Source: Gemmatimonadaceae bacterium (lineage in GTDB: Bacteria > Gemmatimonadota > Gemmatimonadetes > Gemmatimonadales > Gemmatimonadaceae). From it: 64,000 nucleotides of DNA. The notes below the pieces were generated by a model. It ran no database searches. It was not told where the DNA came from and saw only the letters and a program-made list of their open reading frames with translations. The stretch is from the NCBI GenBank assembly GCA_045803545.1, contig JBJMOW010000005.1, forward strand, positions 992,001-1,056,000, in the 5' to 3' direction. This document shows positions 28,555 through 40,648 of the stretch, one piece after another. Position 1 is the first letter of the stretch; each line of letters begins with the position of its first letter. Made by a program: the position numbers and the translations under genes.

Positions 28555-30045
28555 ATGCTGAGACCCTGTGTGCCACGCAACATCACCAGAGCACTCTTCT
28601 TGGTCCTGGCAGGGTTTTCGGTGACGGCCTGCCACGAGATCGATGCGCCTTTCTCCCGAAGCGTTCGCCCTCCTTTAACTGTTGCGAGATCAACAGGCGC
28701 GCCTGATCCAATCACCTACTTCCTAGCATCTGACCCGGGTAAGACCGTTGAACTGACATATTACCCATACGACACGTGGGTGGTGATAACGCCTGCGGGC
28801 TCATTTGGACTGAAAAGCCTTAATAGCAGCGCAATCCCATTTTTTAACGGGACAGTGTACGCGACAGGCGTCGCTGGCGGTCGCAATGGATGTGATCTCA
28901 ATGTGATTGTTAGCTACAATGGGAATAACAGTGGCTTCGGAAACTGCGGTGGACCAGAAAGACCTGACACCATTAATGCCCGATGGCATGGCTATGCTAC
29001 ACGTGGATCAATGCCACTTGATTATTTAGGTGATTGCAGCCAGACGACCGCAGTGTGCCACTGGCAGGATCCGAAAGCCACCACTTGGTTCGTGGAATCT
29101 GCCGTTCCGGTGCAACTAAACACGCCCACAGTAAACGTCCCCAAGATTACTCCCGACACCACCCAGTCCACTTGGCGAGCATCCGTAACGTTCAGCACAT
29201 CTCGGACTCCCGCCAAACTTCCTTGGAATAACGCGATCGGCATGCCGATCACCGTCACGCGGCGATTCTGGATCGGCGCAGATAGCTCTAGGAATGCAGA
29301 CTCCGTCGGTGCCTACTGTCATGCGCCGACGGCCAACTTGAATTGCACGTATCCAGTTGGTGAATCCGGGAGGATGGTAGTCAAGGCGTTTACAGGAGGA
29401 TGGGAACAAACAAGCTCGGCAACAGTTCAATGCCAAACAGGGCCTGGCGACTTTGTTTTGAACGACTCACCGGGAGACTTCGCACTCCGCGCGGCGCTTT
29501 TAGAGGCTCTGGACGCGTCACATCCTGATTTGCCAGCAGGTAGCGGGTTATCAGAGTTCAATCATCATGGTGACAAGAGCGAAAAGGGCGGCCGGATCGT
29601 CAGATACTTGGATGGCACGGGGTATCACACGATTCCCGTAGACGACCCGAACTCAACGGAGTGCGAAATGGATCCGACTGCGGGGTACACACCGCCGACG
29701 GGAACCGATTCGGCGGGAATTTATCATGCCCACGCGTACACATATCCGGACAGCGCATATGGCTGCGGCTATGATGTCGACCAAAAGATCTACCTCTCCG
29801 ACTATCCAGGCGACGGTCGTCGACCGGCGATACTTCCGAAAATGGAGGACGAAGGTGGGGGAAGCCCAGGCGACTGGGCGTTCGCGAAGTTACATACGAT
29901 TCCAGTCTACGTTATTTGGAAGGATGGAACGGTTTACAAGCTGGATCCCGGCAATACGGCCGCATTCTACCTCAACCCTTTCCACTGGCGAGCGTTCGGC
30001 CCGGGCACTCGGAAATGTGTCTGGCCACGCCTGTACAAGCCCTAG
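28555..30045 (+). CDS. Cys-rich lipoprotein with C-terminal JAB/MPN-like domain (putative polymorphic toxin)
   Basis: VTAC lipobox. EKGG...YHAH...GSPGD...PVYVI..DG.VY fits the JAMM E-HxH-SxxD pattern. Lower GC. Confidence 0.7.
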   Translation: MLRPCVPRNITRALFLVLAGFSVTACHEIDAPFSRSVRPPLTVARSTGAPDPITYFLASDPGKTVELTYYPYDTWVVITPAGSFGLKSLNSSAIPFFNGTVYATGVAGGRNGCDLNVIVSYNGNNSGFGNCGGPERPDTINARWHGYATRGSMPLDYLGDCSQTTAVCHWQDPKATTWFVESAVPVQLNTPTVNVPKITPDTTQSTWRASVTFSTSRTPAKLPWNNAIGMPITVTRRFWIGADSSRNADSVGAYCHAPTANLNCTYPVGESGRMVVKAFTGGWEQTSSATVQCQTGPGDFVLNDSPGDFALRAALLEALDASHPDLPAGSGLSEFNHHGDKSEKGGRIVRYLDGTGYHTIPVDDPNSTECEMDPTAGYTPPTGTDSAGIYHAHAYTYPDSAYGCGYDVDQKIYLSDYPGDGRRPAILPKMEDEGGGSPGDWAFAKLHTIPVYVIWKDGTVYKLDPGNTAAFYLNPFHWRAFGPGTRKCVWPRLYKP

Positions 30046-30051
30046 CCAACT

Positions 30052-30468
30052 ATGAAAAAAAAATTGATCCTCTTGTGTCTGCTGACAATGGCAGCACAAG
30101 CGAACGGCCAAGGTTGTATAGCCGCAAATGACACGAGCACAGAAATGGTTCGACGAATCAAGGGAATCATGTCCGGAAGCACTCAGGATGAGAAAGCTCG
30201 CGTGGCGCTAATGTTACCGCTTGTTGCCCCATCGCAAGTCTATCTCGTTACGGACTCACTCACCTGTGCGCGCGGCCTTCAGGTGTTGGATTCAGTTGTG
30301 AAAGCGACGAACCCGAGAGCACCGTCGGTTATGCCGCCACGAGATGTCTATGTGATCAAGGTCGGAAGCTATACCGCAGTTGCCGATCGACTTCCCTATA
30401 AGAGCGGCTATTTGAGCATCCAGTTTTTCGATCCAAATTGGGCCTTCCTGAGGGTTCTGCTTTTCTAG
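30052..30468 (+). CDS. Small exported protein (putative partner/immunity)
   Basis: MKKKLILLCLL..AQANG signal peptide, two Cys in the mature part, 6 nt downstream of the previous gene. Confidence 0.75.
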   Translation: MKKKLILLCLLTMAAQANGQGCIAANDTSTEMVRRIKGIMSGSTQDEKARVALMLPLVAPSQVYLVTDSLTCARGLQVLDSVVKATNPRAPSVMPPRDVYVIKVGSYTAVADRLPYKSGYLSIQFFDPNWAFLRVLLF

Positions 30469-30490
30469 AGGCGACTGGTCGGCGTTCGCA

Positions 30491-32052
<1,562 letters not shown>

Positions 32053-32056
<4 letters not shown>

Positions 32057-32577
32057 GCGCGGTGCGGACCGGCGTTGACCGCCGGGCCCCCAGCCGGAAT
32101 ATGCTCGGTGACCCTGCCGCTCAGGACATCACACGCATGCTGGATGATCGGATCCAACGCATCGAGGCCGTCGCGCACTCCGCTGGGCGAGCCCGGAAGA
32201 TTCACGATCAACGATTTGCCACGCACGCCGGCGACACCGCGGCCCAACGCCGCGCGCGCGAAGTTCGGCAGCGCCATCACCCGAATTCGTTCGGCGATTC
32301 CTTCCGCCTCGCGCTCGATGACTGCCCGCGTCGCTTCCGGTGTCACGTCGCGCGGCGCCAGCCCGGTGCCGCCGGTCGTGAGCACCAGATCGACACGGTC
32401 ACCATCACACGCCTGAATCAGTGTTCGCACGATCTCCACCGTGTCGTCAGCGCAGCTGGTGGCGGCAACCAGATCGAACTTCTTTGCTTTCACCCAGCCA
32501 ACGACGACAGCGCCGGAAGTATCCTGCCGCTCGCCTTTCACCACTGAATCGGATACTGTGACCACCGCAACACGCAT
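32053..32577 (-). CDS. mogA: MogA/MoaB molybdopterin adenylyltransferase
   Basis: [19 protein letters not shown] and NLPGSP. Confidence 0.88.
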
Positions 32578-32581
32578 TAAC

Positions 32582-32612
32582 CGGGAGGCGGGAGGGGGGA
32601 GGCGGGAGGGGG
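32582..32612. repeat. G-rich heptamer tandem repeat
   Basis: CGGGAGG units fill the gcvT-mogA gap. Confidence 0.8.
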
Positions 32613-32614
32613 TC

Positions 32615-33718
32615 TCACAGCCGGCTTCCGTTCTTGTAAAACGGCATTTTCACGACGGTCGCAGGAATTCGTTTGCCGCGAATCTCGATCTCCAAAACAG
32701 ATCCTTCCGCCGCGGACGCAGGAGGTACATACGCGGTTCCAATCGGAATCCCCAGCGTCGGGCTCATCGTTCCGCTTCGCACTTCCCCACTCGGCGCGCC
32801 GTTCACGAACACCGGATAACCGTGACGAGGGAACGCTCGCTCGCTCGTCGTGAATCCAATCAGTTTGCGCGGCACGCCCCGCTCTTTCTGCTTCACGAGC
32901 GCGTCGCGCCCGACGAAGTCGCCTTTCTTGAACTTCACCAGCCAGCTCAGTCCCGCCTCGAGCGGAGTCGTGGTATCGTCGATATCGTTGCCGTAAAGCG
33001 CCATCCCCATCTCGAGGCGCAGCGAATCGCGTGAGCCGAGCCCGGCCGGCGTCACCTCGCCCGACTTCGTGAGCGCGTTCCACATCTGCGGCCCGTGTTC
33101 GGCGGGGAAATACAATTCGAATCCATCTTCGCCGGTGTAGCCGGTGCGCGAGATGTAAACCTTGTCGACCCCGGCGACGGTCCCGGTCTGATGCTCGTAG
33201 TATTTGATCTGCGCGAGGTCTGTGTCGGTGTGCTGCTGCAGAATCCTCTGCGCCTGCGGTCCCTGCAATGCGAGCAGCGCGATGTCGTCGCTGATGTCCT
33301 CGAGCGTGACATCGAATCTTCCGACGTACTGTGAGATGTGCGCGAAATCCTTCTCAATGTTGGAGCCGTTGACCACCATCAGCACACGATTGTCCGAGCG
33401 GTAGACCAGGCAGTCGTCGACGATCGTTCCATCTTCACGCAGAATGGTCGAGTACTGCGCCTGACCCGGCTTGAGCGATGCGACGTCGTTGGTGGTCACG
33501 AAGTTCACAAAGTCGACTGCCTCCGGTCCGCGCACTATGAACTCGCCCATATGGCTGACGTCGAACACCCCCGCCTTCTCCCGCACCGCCTTGTGCTCGG
33601 CGGTGATCCCGGTCGGGTACTGGACGGGCATCTCGAACCCCGCGAACGGCACCATCTTGGCGCCGAGGGCGACGTGGGTTTCGTATAGTGGCGTCCGCTT
33701 GAGAGTGGCTTGGGTCAT
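32615..33718 (-). CDS. gcvT: Glycine cleavage system aminomethyltransferase T
   Basis: [33 protein letters not shown] and RDSLRLE. Confidence 0.95.
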   Translation of the reverse strand: MTQATLKRTPLYETHVALGAKMVPFAGFEMPVQYPTGITAEHKAVREKAGVFDVSHMGEFIVRGPEAVDFVNFVTTNDVASLKPGQAQYSTILREDGTIVDDCLVYRSDNRVLMVVNGSNIEKDFAHISQYVGRFDVTLEDISDDIALLALQGPQAQRILQQHTDTDLAQIKYYEHQTGTVAGVDKVYISRTGYTGEDGFELYFPAEHGPQMWNALTKSGEVTPAGLGSRDSLRLEMGMALYGNDIDDTTTPLEAGLSWLVKFKKGDFVGRDALVKQKERGVPRKLIGFTTSERAFPRHGYPVFVNGAPSGEVRSGTMSPTLGIPIGTAYVPPASAAEGSVLEIEIRGKRIPATVVKMPFYKNGSRL

Positions 33719-33796
33719 CGCAAAGGGGTCGTTGCCCCAATATGCGCGATCCAATAGGTGAATTGGAGTGCCACCGTGACAATTTGGCAGCAGAGA

Positions 33797-33831
33797 AAAA
33801 CAAAGGGCGCCCATCCGACAGATGCGCGCCC
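33797..33831 (-). terminator. Probable intrinsic terminator
   Basis: Minus strand GGGCGCGCATC-TGTCG-GATGGGCGCCC followed by TTTGTTTT. Confidence 0.55.
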
Positions 33832-33859
33832 CTCAGATCTTCCCGCTTCCCGCTTCCCG

Positions 33860-34384
33860 CTAGTCCACCAGCTCTCCAGCGGTGACTTCGCGGACCTCGC
33901 CGATATCTACGCGCGAGCCGGTCACCATTCCCTTCAACACCTCGAACAGCACCACCGGCTTCGGCTTGTTCACCTTCATATAGGTAGCGGATTCGGCCTC
34001 GACCATGATCAGCGTAATCCGCGGATCGTTTGGTCCACCGTCGCGCTCGCCACCTGCGTCACCGAAATATGCCTTCCAGTCTTCCTTATACAGCTGGCGA
34101 ATTCGGTTTTTGTTCTTCGAGACGTGAGCGACGCCGGCGACTGACACCCACTCGCGTGACTTGTTGTTGAAGTAAGCGAGGTTCACGTGCGGATCGTAAG
34201 CGAGCTCGTCGAGCTTGTTGGTGTCGCTATCCGTCACGAACCACAGATCCGCGCCATCGATGCGGTCCTGGGTCGCCATCGGTCTGGAGACGAGCTGGCC
34301 ATTGGGGCGGCGAGTAGTAAACATCGCCGTCTCGATTCCCCTGATCAGGTCATACAACTCGTCGATCTTCTTTGAGTTCGGCAT
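33860..34384 (-). CDS. Pyridoxamine 5'-phosphate oxidase-like / general stress protein 26
   Basis: AMFTT...LVSRPM..Q, LWF.T and WVSVAG.A. Its stop runs into (GCGGGAA)n repeats at 33839-33861. Confidence 0.85.
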   Translation of the reverse strand: MPNSKKIDELYDLIRGIETAMFTTRRPNGQLVSRPMATQDRIDGADLWFVTDSDTNKLDELAYDPHVNLAYFNNKSREWVSVAGVAHVSKNKNRIRQLYKEDWKAYFGDAGGERDGGPNDPRITLIMVEAESATYMKVNKPKPVVLFEVLKGMVTGSRVDIGEVREVTAGELVD

Positions 34385-34423
34385 GCCCACGAATTGTGCA
34401 TTAAGGGTGCCGATAAAGCCCAA

Positions 34424-34455
34424 GAAGAAAGGCTCACTTTCGTGAGCCTTTCTTC
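34424..34455. terminator. Hairpin terminator after the HYR lipoprotein gene
   Basis: GAAGAAAGGCTCAC-TTTC-GTGAGCCTTTCTTC perfect 14-bp stem. Confidence 0.7.
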
Positions 34456-34486
34456 CGACGATTGAGCTGGTTCATGTACGCAGGCT

Positions 34487-36280
34487 TTATGAACCCCCGC
34501 GGACCTTGCCCCTGATTACGTCTGAATTGCTCGCCGGCGCACAACCCATCACTGCCAGGATTCTGCTTCCCGCGTTGAGCATGTAGGCGGCGTCACCAGT
34601 CGAGATGTTCGAGTTCTTTTTCTGCACCATGCTCATGAAGTCATACATCTTCTTGCATGCCGGAGAACCGCCTGCACTGTCATCGGAGGCAGACTGCAGC
34701 TGATTGACTAATGGTTGGACCGTACCATCTGGGAAGTTCCTTGACTTAACCCAGTCGATCAGGTTGCCGATCTGGAGGTGCGCATTGACCACGACGACCA
34801 GGAAGGATATGGACGAGTTGTTACCAGCGGCGTCCCACGCTGTGCATTTGACGGGCGTCGTGTCCATTGGGAATAAGCTGCCCGCGGCGGGCTCGCAGGA
34901 ACGCGCGGTCACGCCGACGTTATCCGTCACAGGAACGTTATCGAACTCCACGAGGGCGCCGCTCGGGCTTGTGGCGTCTACGGTCCAAACCGACGCAGTG
35001 TTCGTCATGTCCCAAACCGGTGCTTCCACATCGTAGACGTGAATGTCTTGCGACGTCGTCACTGCATTCTCGGCGCGGTCGGACGCCGTCCATGTAATCG
35101 TCGTTATGCCGACAGGATAAGGCGCATCGATCGGCTTGGCATCGCTACGCGTGCCGGCAATGGTGACGTTGGCGTCGCCGCAGTTATCAGTCGCAGTGGG
35201 TGGGGTGATGACAACCATCGCGTAATTCGCGCCGGGATCATTGTCGACGCTATCGTTGGCAGGCAGAGGCAGTGTGAAAGCCGGCTTCTGGAGGTCGCTG
35301 CTCGGAATAAGCGAGAAGCGTACTGCGTCACGTTGCAGCGAGAAAAATCGCTGTACACGCGGTTGGTCCATAAGCAAATCGGTGCTCCAGAAGGTGTCGA
35401 AGTTGGCAACCGACCCAGTCGCGTCTTCGATGCCCTGAGTAACGGTGTGGCGGTTCGTGAGCACCACCCTGCTGGTCGACATCTGCATGGTGTTGATGGT
35501 GATGTCGTTCGACCCCTCGGACAGAACCACCTGTGCTGTCAGACGGCCTGCCTGCGGCGAGATCGCCCCTACGCTATTGTTGTCGTTGTACTCTGGGATG
35601 TTGTTGTATTGAAGAATGAATCTGCGATTGGGAGCGGTGCCGCGTGTTTCCCAGCGGATGGGATCAGGAACCATATCGTCCTGCCAATCCGCCCACGCGA
35701 CGGCAATGATGTTATTGGGAGCTGACGTCGACGGGATGGGGCCGGCGCCCGGATATCCGTCCTGGCCCCTCTGGGTTGACGGAACGGTGCCGAAGAGAAG
35801 GAGACCATTCGAAGACACGTTGACCTTGTCGTATGTCTGCCCCTGGAAGTTGAAACTGAAGCCAAGCGGCACGTCGCTATCCGGAATGAACATGTCGTCG
35901 AGCACTGGGTAAGGCACAACGTTGACGGTGTCCTCCCAGGCGAACCCGGGCTTCGACTTACTGTAGCCGTTGAAGGTGCCAGTCCCACTACCGCAGGCGG
36001 CCGCGCTGGCCGCCGCCGACTTCGAAGCTCCGACGACGTTGCTGATTGGCTCGAGCGGAACCATGGTGGAGGAACTGCCAGGTATCGACGCCGCGGATAT
36101 CGAATCCTTCTGGGCGGCGGTATAGCTGATGAAGTTCGTCGGATGCACCCGGACGCGGATCGAGCCGTCGGGTGTCAGCATCGTTGACGTCGTATATGTG
36201 TCGCAAGAGACCGCGGCGACCAGGGCTAGTGCCCCGGCGAAAGACATCAGAGCGGTCGAGAAGGCGGTGGGGCGGCGCAT
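34487..36280 (-). CDS. HYR-domain lipoprotein (short paralog)
   Basis: AVSC lipobox, NIDO-like GF.F.F.G..Y..V.SNG segment, and two HYR repeats (YPVG.TTITWTA.D). Confidence 0.85.
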   Translation of the reverse strand: MRRPTAFSTALMSFAGALALVAAVSCDTYTTSTMLTPDGSIRVRVHPTNFISYTAAQKDSISAASIPGSSSTMVPLEPISNVVGASKSAAASAAACGSGTGTFNGYSKSKPGFAWEDTVNVVPYPVLDDMFIPDSDVPLGFSFNFQGQTYDKVNVSSNGLLLFGTVPSTQRGQDGYPGAGPIPSTSAPNNIIAVAWADWQDDMVPDPIRWETRGTAPNRRFILQYNNIPEYNDNNSVGAISPQAGRLTAQVVLSEGSNDITINTMQMSTSRVVLTNRHTVTQGIEDATGSVANFDTFWSTDLLMDQPRVQRFFSLQRDAVRFSLIPSSDLQKPAFTLPLPANDSVDNDPGANYAMVVITPPTATDNCGDANVTIAGTRSDAKPIDAPYPVGITTITWTASDRAENAVTTSQDIHVYDVEAPVWDMTNTASVWTVDATSPSGALVEFDNVPVTDNVGVTARSCEPAAGSLFPMDTTPVKCTAWDAAGNNSSISFLVVVVNAHLQIGNLIDWVKSRNFPDGTVQPLVNQLQSASDDSAGGSPACKKMYDFMSMVQKKNSNISTGDAAYMLNAGSRILAVMGCAPASNSDVIRGKVRGGS

Positions 36281-36418
36281 CGTAACTCTCATGAAGAGGG
36301 TTACCAGATAGACGACCACGACCCCCAAGCTCAACAGCGTTAAGGGCGCCTACAGGCCCTTAACGCTGTCTCACAGATACGTTGCGAGAATCAGATTTGT
36401 GAGTAGAGCCTCGCCTGT

Positions 36419-39340
36419 TTATCCGCGGAAGCCCAGGCTGCGGGTGCTGGCCGGCGCCGCTACTCCGGCGCAGCCAAGTACGGACTGAATGCGTCTGGCG
36501 TCGGTGACCATCTTCGACGACTGCGCGGTTGAAAGCGAGCCGTTCTTCACCGACACAAGGTGGACGAAGTCGTCCATTTTCTTGCACGCCTGTGCGCCCG
36601 ATCCATCGCGGTCAGCCGAATTCAGCTGATTTACGAGCGGGTTAGCAACACCGTTGCTCAGGTTTAGCGAGCCGATGTAGTTCACCAGGTTGATGATCTG
36701 GTCATGTGCGCCCAGCACCTCTACGCCGAATCTGCCCGTCGTGCTGTGGCCAGCGGCGTCGCTAGCGACGCAAGTGATCTCCTTGTAGCCGATTCCCACT
36801 ACGCTGCCAGAACTCGGCTCGCAGACGAAGGAGACGACTCCAACGTTGTCCGTCGCGGTTGCAGAATACTTCACCACCGCACCACTCGGCGAAGTCGCGT
36901 TTACGGTGAAATCGCTCGGCACGGTGACGACTGGTGCTTCTTCGTCGCGCACGGTGATGGTCTGCGTGGCCGACGCGCTATTGCCAGACGCGTCCGTCGC
37001 TGTCCACGTGATGGTAGTCACGCCGACAGGATACGCCGCGGAGAGTGCTGCACGATCGCTACGCGCGCCATCGACTCTTACGAGCGGGCAATTTTCCTCG
37101 ACCGACGGCGAGCCGGTGGCGACGACTGCGCTCGGCAGGCCACGATCATTCGGCACCGATAGACTGCGCGGCGCCGTGATGCTTGGATTTTCCTTATCCT
37201 GCACCGTTACCGTCTGACTTGCCGACGCAGTTGCGTAGTCGTAGTCGGTGGCGGTCCACTTCACAGTGGTGACGCCCTTCGGATAGACAGCGTTGAGCGC
37301 CTGACCATCGCTTCTTTCACCAGCCAGCGACCAGCCATCGATATCGTCGTGCACAGAGGCAGCGCCGACGTTTACGCTGGCGACGCACACACCGCGATCA
37401 GTGTTGGCGACGATGTTCGCGCCCGGGGTTACGACCGGCGGAACGTTGCCAACAACGGTAACGGTTTGCGAAACTTTGGCGATGTTCTGTGAACCATCCT
37501 TTGCGGTCCACGTGACGGTTGTGACACCGACCTGGAATACCGCGCTGAGTGGCTGGTTGTCGCTGCGCGCGCCATAAACCTCGACGCTGCCGCAATTATC
37601 CGACGCGCCTGGCTGAGAGAGCGCCACGGTGGCGCGCGGGACGCCGCGCTCCTGCCTCACTGAGATATTGGAAACGGCTTCGAGCGATGGCGCCTCGAGA
37701 TCGTTGACAGTCACGAGCTGGTCAGCCGACACACTTGCGCCATCGGCGTCGGTCGCTGTCCACGTGACCTTGGTCAGGCCCTTTGGATAAGCCGCATCCA
37801 GGGCAAGCTTGTCGCTTCTTTCGCCGACAAGTTTGACTCCATCGAGATCGTCCTTGAAGACGGGCGTACCCAGGCTTGCGATGTTCGCAAGGCAGGCGCG
37901 CGCATCCGTGCTCACGACGATGTTCGCCGGCACCATCAGCTTGGGCGCAACGTTCGGGGTAACAGTAACGGTCTGAGTCGCGGACGACGAATTACCAGAC
38001 GCATCGAGAGCCGTCCAGGTGATCGTCGTCACACCGAGAGGGTAGCCGGCGTTGAGCGGAGCGTTGTCGCTGCGCGCACCAGACACGACGGCATCGTGAC
38101 AGTTGTCGCTGGTGACTGTCGCAGTTCCGACGCTCACCGAAGCGAAGGACACCGTGACGTTCACTCTCACCGAGATGTTGTCCGGAGCGGTCAGCGCCGG
38201 TTTTTCCTTATCGGCGACAGTAACTGTTTGAGTGACGCTCGACTTCAGTCCTTCGACGTCGGTCGCCGTCCACGTCACCGTGGTCGTGCCCTTCGGATAC
38301 GCAGCGCTCAGCTCGAGCGCGTCGCTGCGGACGCCGGTGATTGTCGCGCCCGGCGCATCATCCGTGAACACCGGCGCCGACAGCGTGGAGCTGCCAACGC
38401 AGGCCTTGGCATCAGCGTCGAGAGAAATGTTCGAAGGCGCCGTAATGACCGGCGGCTTGTTCGGCGAAACAGGCGTGAACTTTAGCCCGTCGTTAGTCAA
38501 AGCGAACTTCGCGCTGTCGCGACCGGCCACGAAATAGGATTCTGTCGCGGCGAGATTTTCGATGCCCTGCGTAAAGGCGCGCTTCGCGACCGTCGTGCTC
38601 AACTCTGTCGTGTAGAGCGCGATCTCATTCGATGATTCGTACAACACCAATTGTGCGGTGATGTGGCCGTTTCCGCCGTTCTCACCAATGTTGGTGAACT
38701 GCAGAATGAAGCGGCGATTCGGCGCCGAGCCGCGCGTCTCGTACTTGATCTGGTTGGTAGTTACCGGAACCCAGTCAGCCCAGCCGAGCGCGATGATGTT
38801 GTTGTTAACGTCCTTGAGATGAATGAACCGGCTCCAGCAGCAGCCGTCCGTCATGTTGGTCGGGTTGCCGTTGGCATCGAGTGCGCCAAATCCGACGATT
38901 CCGTTGCTGCCGATCGTCAGCTTGTCGAAGCTCTGGCCGTAGAACGCGAAAGTGAACCCGAGCGGGACGCCGGTGATTACGCAGTCGTCGCAGATCTTGG
39001 GCACCCTGACTGTGGGCGCCGCTTCGGGCGCAAAGGCGACAGCCGCGACGGTGTACGTCGGCGCGCCGGTGGCCGCCGAGAAGGAGCCGTCGGAAGGAGC
39101 GACCAGGTTCGCGCTCAAGCCGTTGGTGCCGAGTCTGGATGCAGCGGCGGCGACCAGCGGGTTCTTGAGCGAGTCGGGATAGCTGTACTCGATAACGGTG
39201 ACGTCGTCGCTCGAGGGCTGAGGGGTCATCTCCGGAGCCGTGCTCTCGGAGCAGGATGACACGACGGCGAGCACCGCAGTGCTCAAAGTCATGGTTCCAA
39301 GAAACCGTACAAAGCCCGAAATGCCAAGCGTGCGACGCAT
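36419..39340 (-). CDS. HYR-domain lipoprotein (long paralog, ~7 HYR repeats)
   Basis: VSSC lipobox. Same N- and C-terminal domains as 34487-36280. Repeated RSD..L.A.YP.G.T.VTWTA.D. Confidence 0.9.
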   Translation of the reverse strand: MRRTLGISGFVRFLGTMTLSTAVLAVVSSCSESTAPEMTPQPSSDDVTVIEYSYPDSLKNPLVAAAASRLGTNGLSANLVAPSDGSFSAATGAPTYTVAAVAFAPEAAPTVRVPKICDDCVITGVPLGFTFAFYGQSFDKLTIGSNGIVGFGALDANGNPTNMTDGCCWSRFIHLKDVNNNIIALGWADWVPVTTNQIKYETRGSAPNRRFILQFTNIGENGGNGHITAQLVLYESSNEIALYTTELSTTVAKRAFTQGIENLAATESYFVAGRDSAKFALTNDGLKFTPVSPNKPPVITAPSNISLDADAKACVGSSTLSAPVFTDDAPGATITGVRSDALELSAAYPKGTTTVTWTATDVEGLKSSVTQTVTVADKEKPALTAPDNISVRVNVTVSFASVSVGTATVTSDNCHDAVVSGARSDNAPLNAGYPLGVTTITWTALDASGNSSSATQTVTVTPNVAPKLMVPANIVVSTDARACLANIASLGTPVFKDDLDGVKLVGERSDKLALDAAYPKGLTKVTWTATDADGASVSADQLVTVNDLEAPSLEAVSNISVRQERGVPRATVALSQPGASDNCGSVEVYGARSDNQPLSAVFQVGVTTVTWTAKDGSQNIAKVSQTVTVVGNVPPVVTPGANIVANTDRGVCVASVNVGAASVHDDIDGWSLAGERSDGQALNAVYPKGVTTVKWTATDYDYATASASQTVTVQDKENPSITAPRSLSVPNDRGLPSAVVATGSPSVEENCPLVRVDGARSDRAALSAAYPVGVTTITWTATDASGNSASATQTITVRDEEAPVVTVPSDFTVNATSPSGAVVKYSATATDNVGVVSFVCEPSSGSVVGIGYKEITCVASDAAGHSTTGRFGVEVLGAHDQIINLVNYIGSLNLSNGVANPLVNQLNSADRDGSGAQACKKMDDFVHLVSVKNGSLSTAQSSKMVTDARRIQSVLGCAGVAAPASTRSLGFRG

Positions 39341-39569
39341 CGTATACTCGGTGAAGGGGTCTGGTGGGTAACACCTATAAGACGACCACCGAGTCCAAGC
39401 TCAACAGGAGTTACGCCGCGCTGGCTGGGCTTAACCCCTTCTCACAGATACATTTCGAGTAGCAGATTTGTGTTCGAGCGATCTCACATTTCTGCGGAAC
39501 CGGCTGCGCTCCTTTGCTTTGGCGTGCGTGAGTCGTCAGGGGTGCCGGGGCTCCTTTGCGCGGAACTAC

Positions 39570-40511
<942 letters not shown>

Positions 40512-40564
40512 TGGCTCATGAGTTGCGCGAAACGTTGGATGGTTCTGTGCGTCGGAAATATAGA

Positions 40565-40613
40565 GGGAGGCGAGAGGCGGGAGGCGGGAAGCGGGAAGCG
40601 GGAAGCGGGAAGC
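40565..40613. repeat. G-rich heptamer tandem repeat (GGGA(A/G)GC)x7
   Basis: Lies in the divergent intergenic region between argF and the dehydrogenase gene. Confidence 0.88.
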
Positions 40614-40648
40614 GATTGTGGCAACTCACTCTCACACCGAGTCGAACA

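Noticed and set aside
33719..33860. Glycine riboswitch upstream of gcvT
   Set aside because: No recognisable GGAGA...CCGAAG...CTCTCAGG aptamer; the region holds a terminator and heptamer repeats.
40565..40613. CRISPR array
   Set aside because: These are 7-bp tandem units without spacers, and there are no cas genes in the window.
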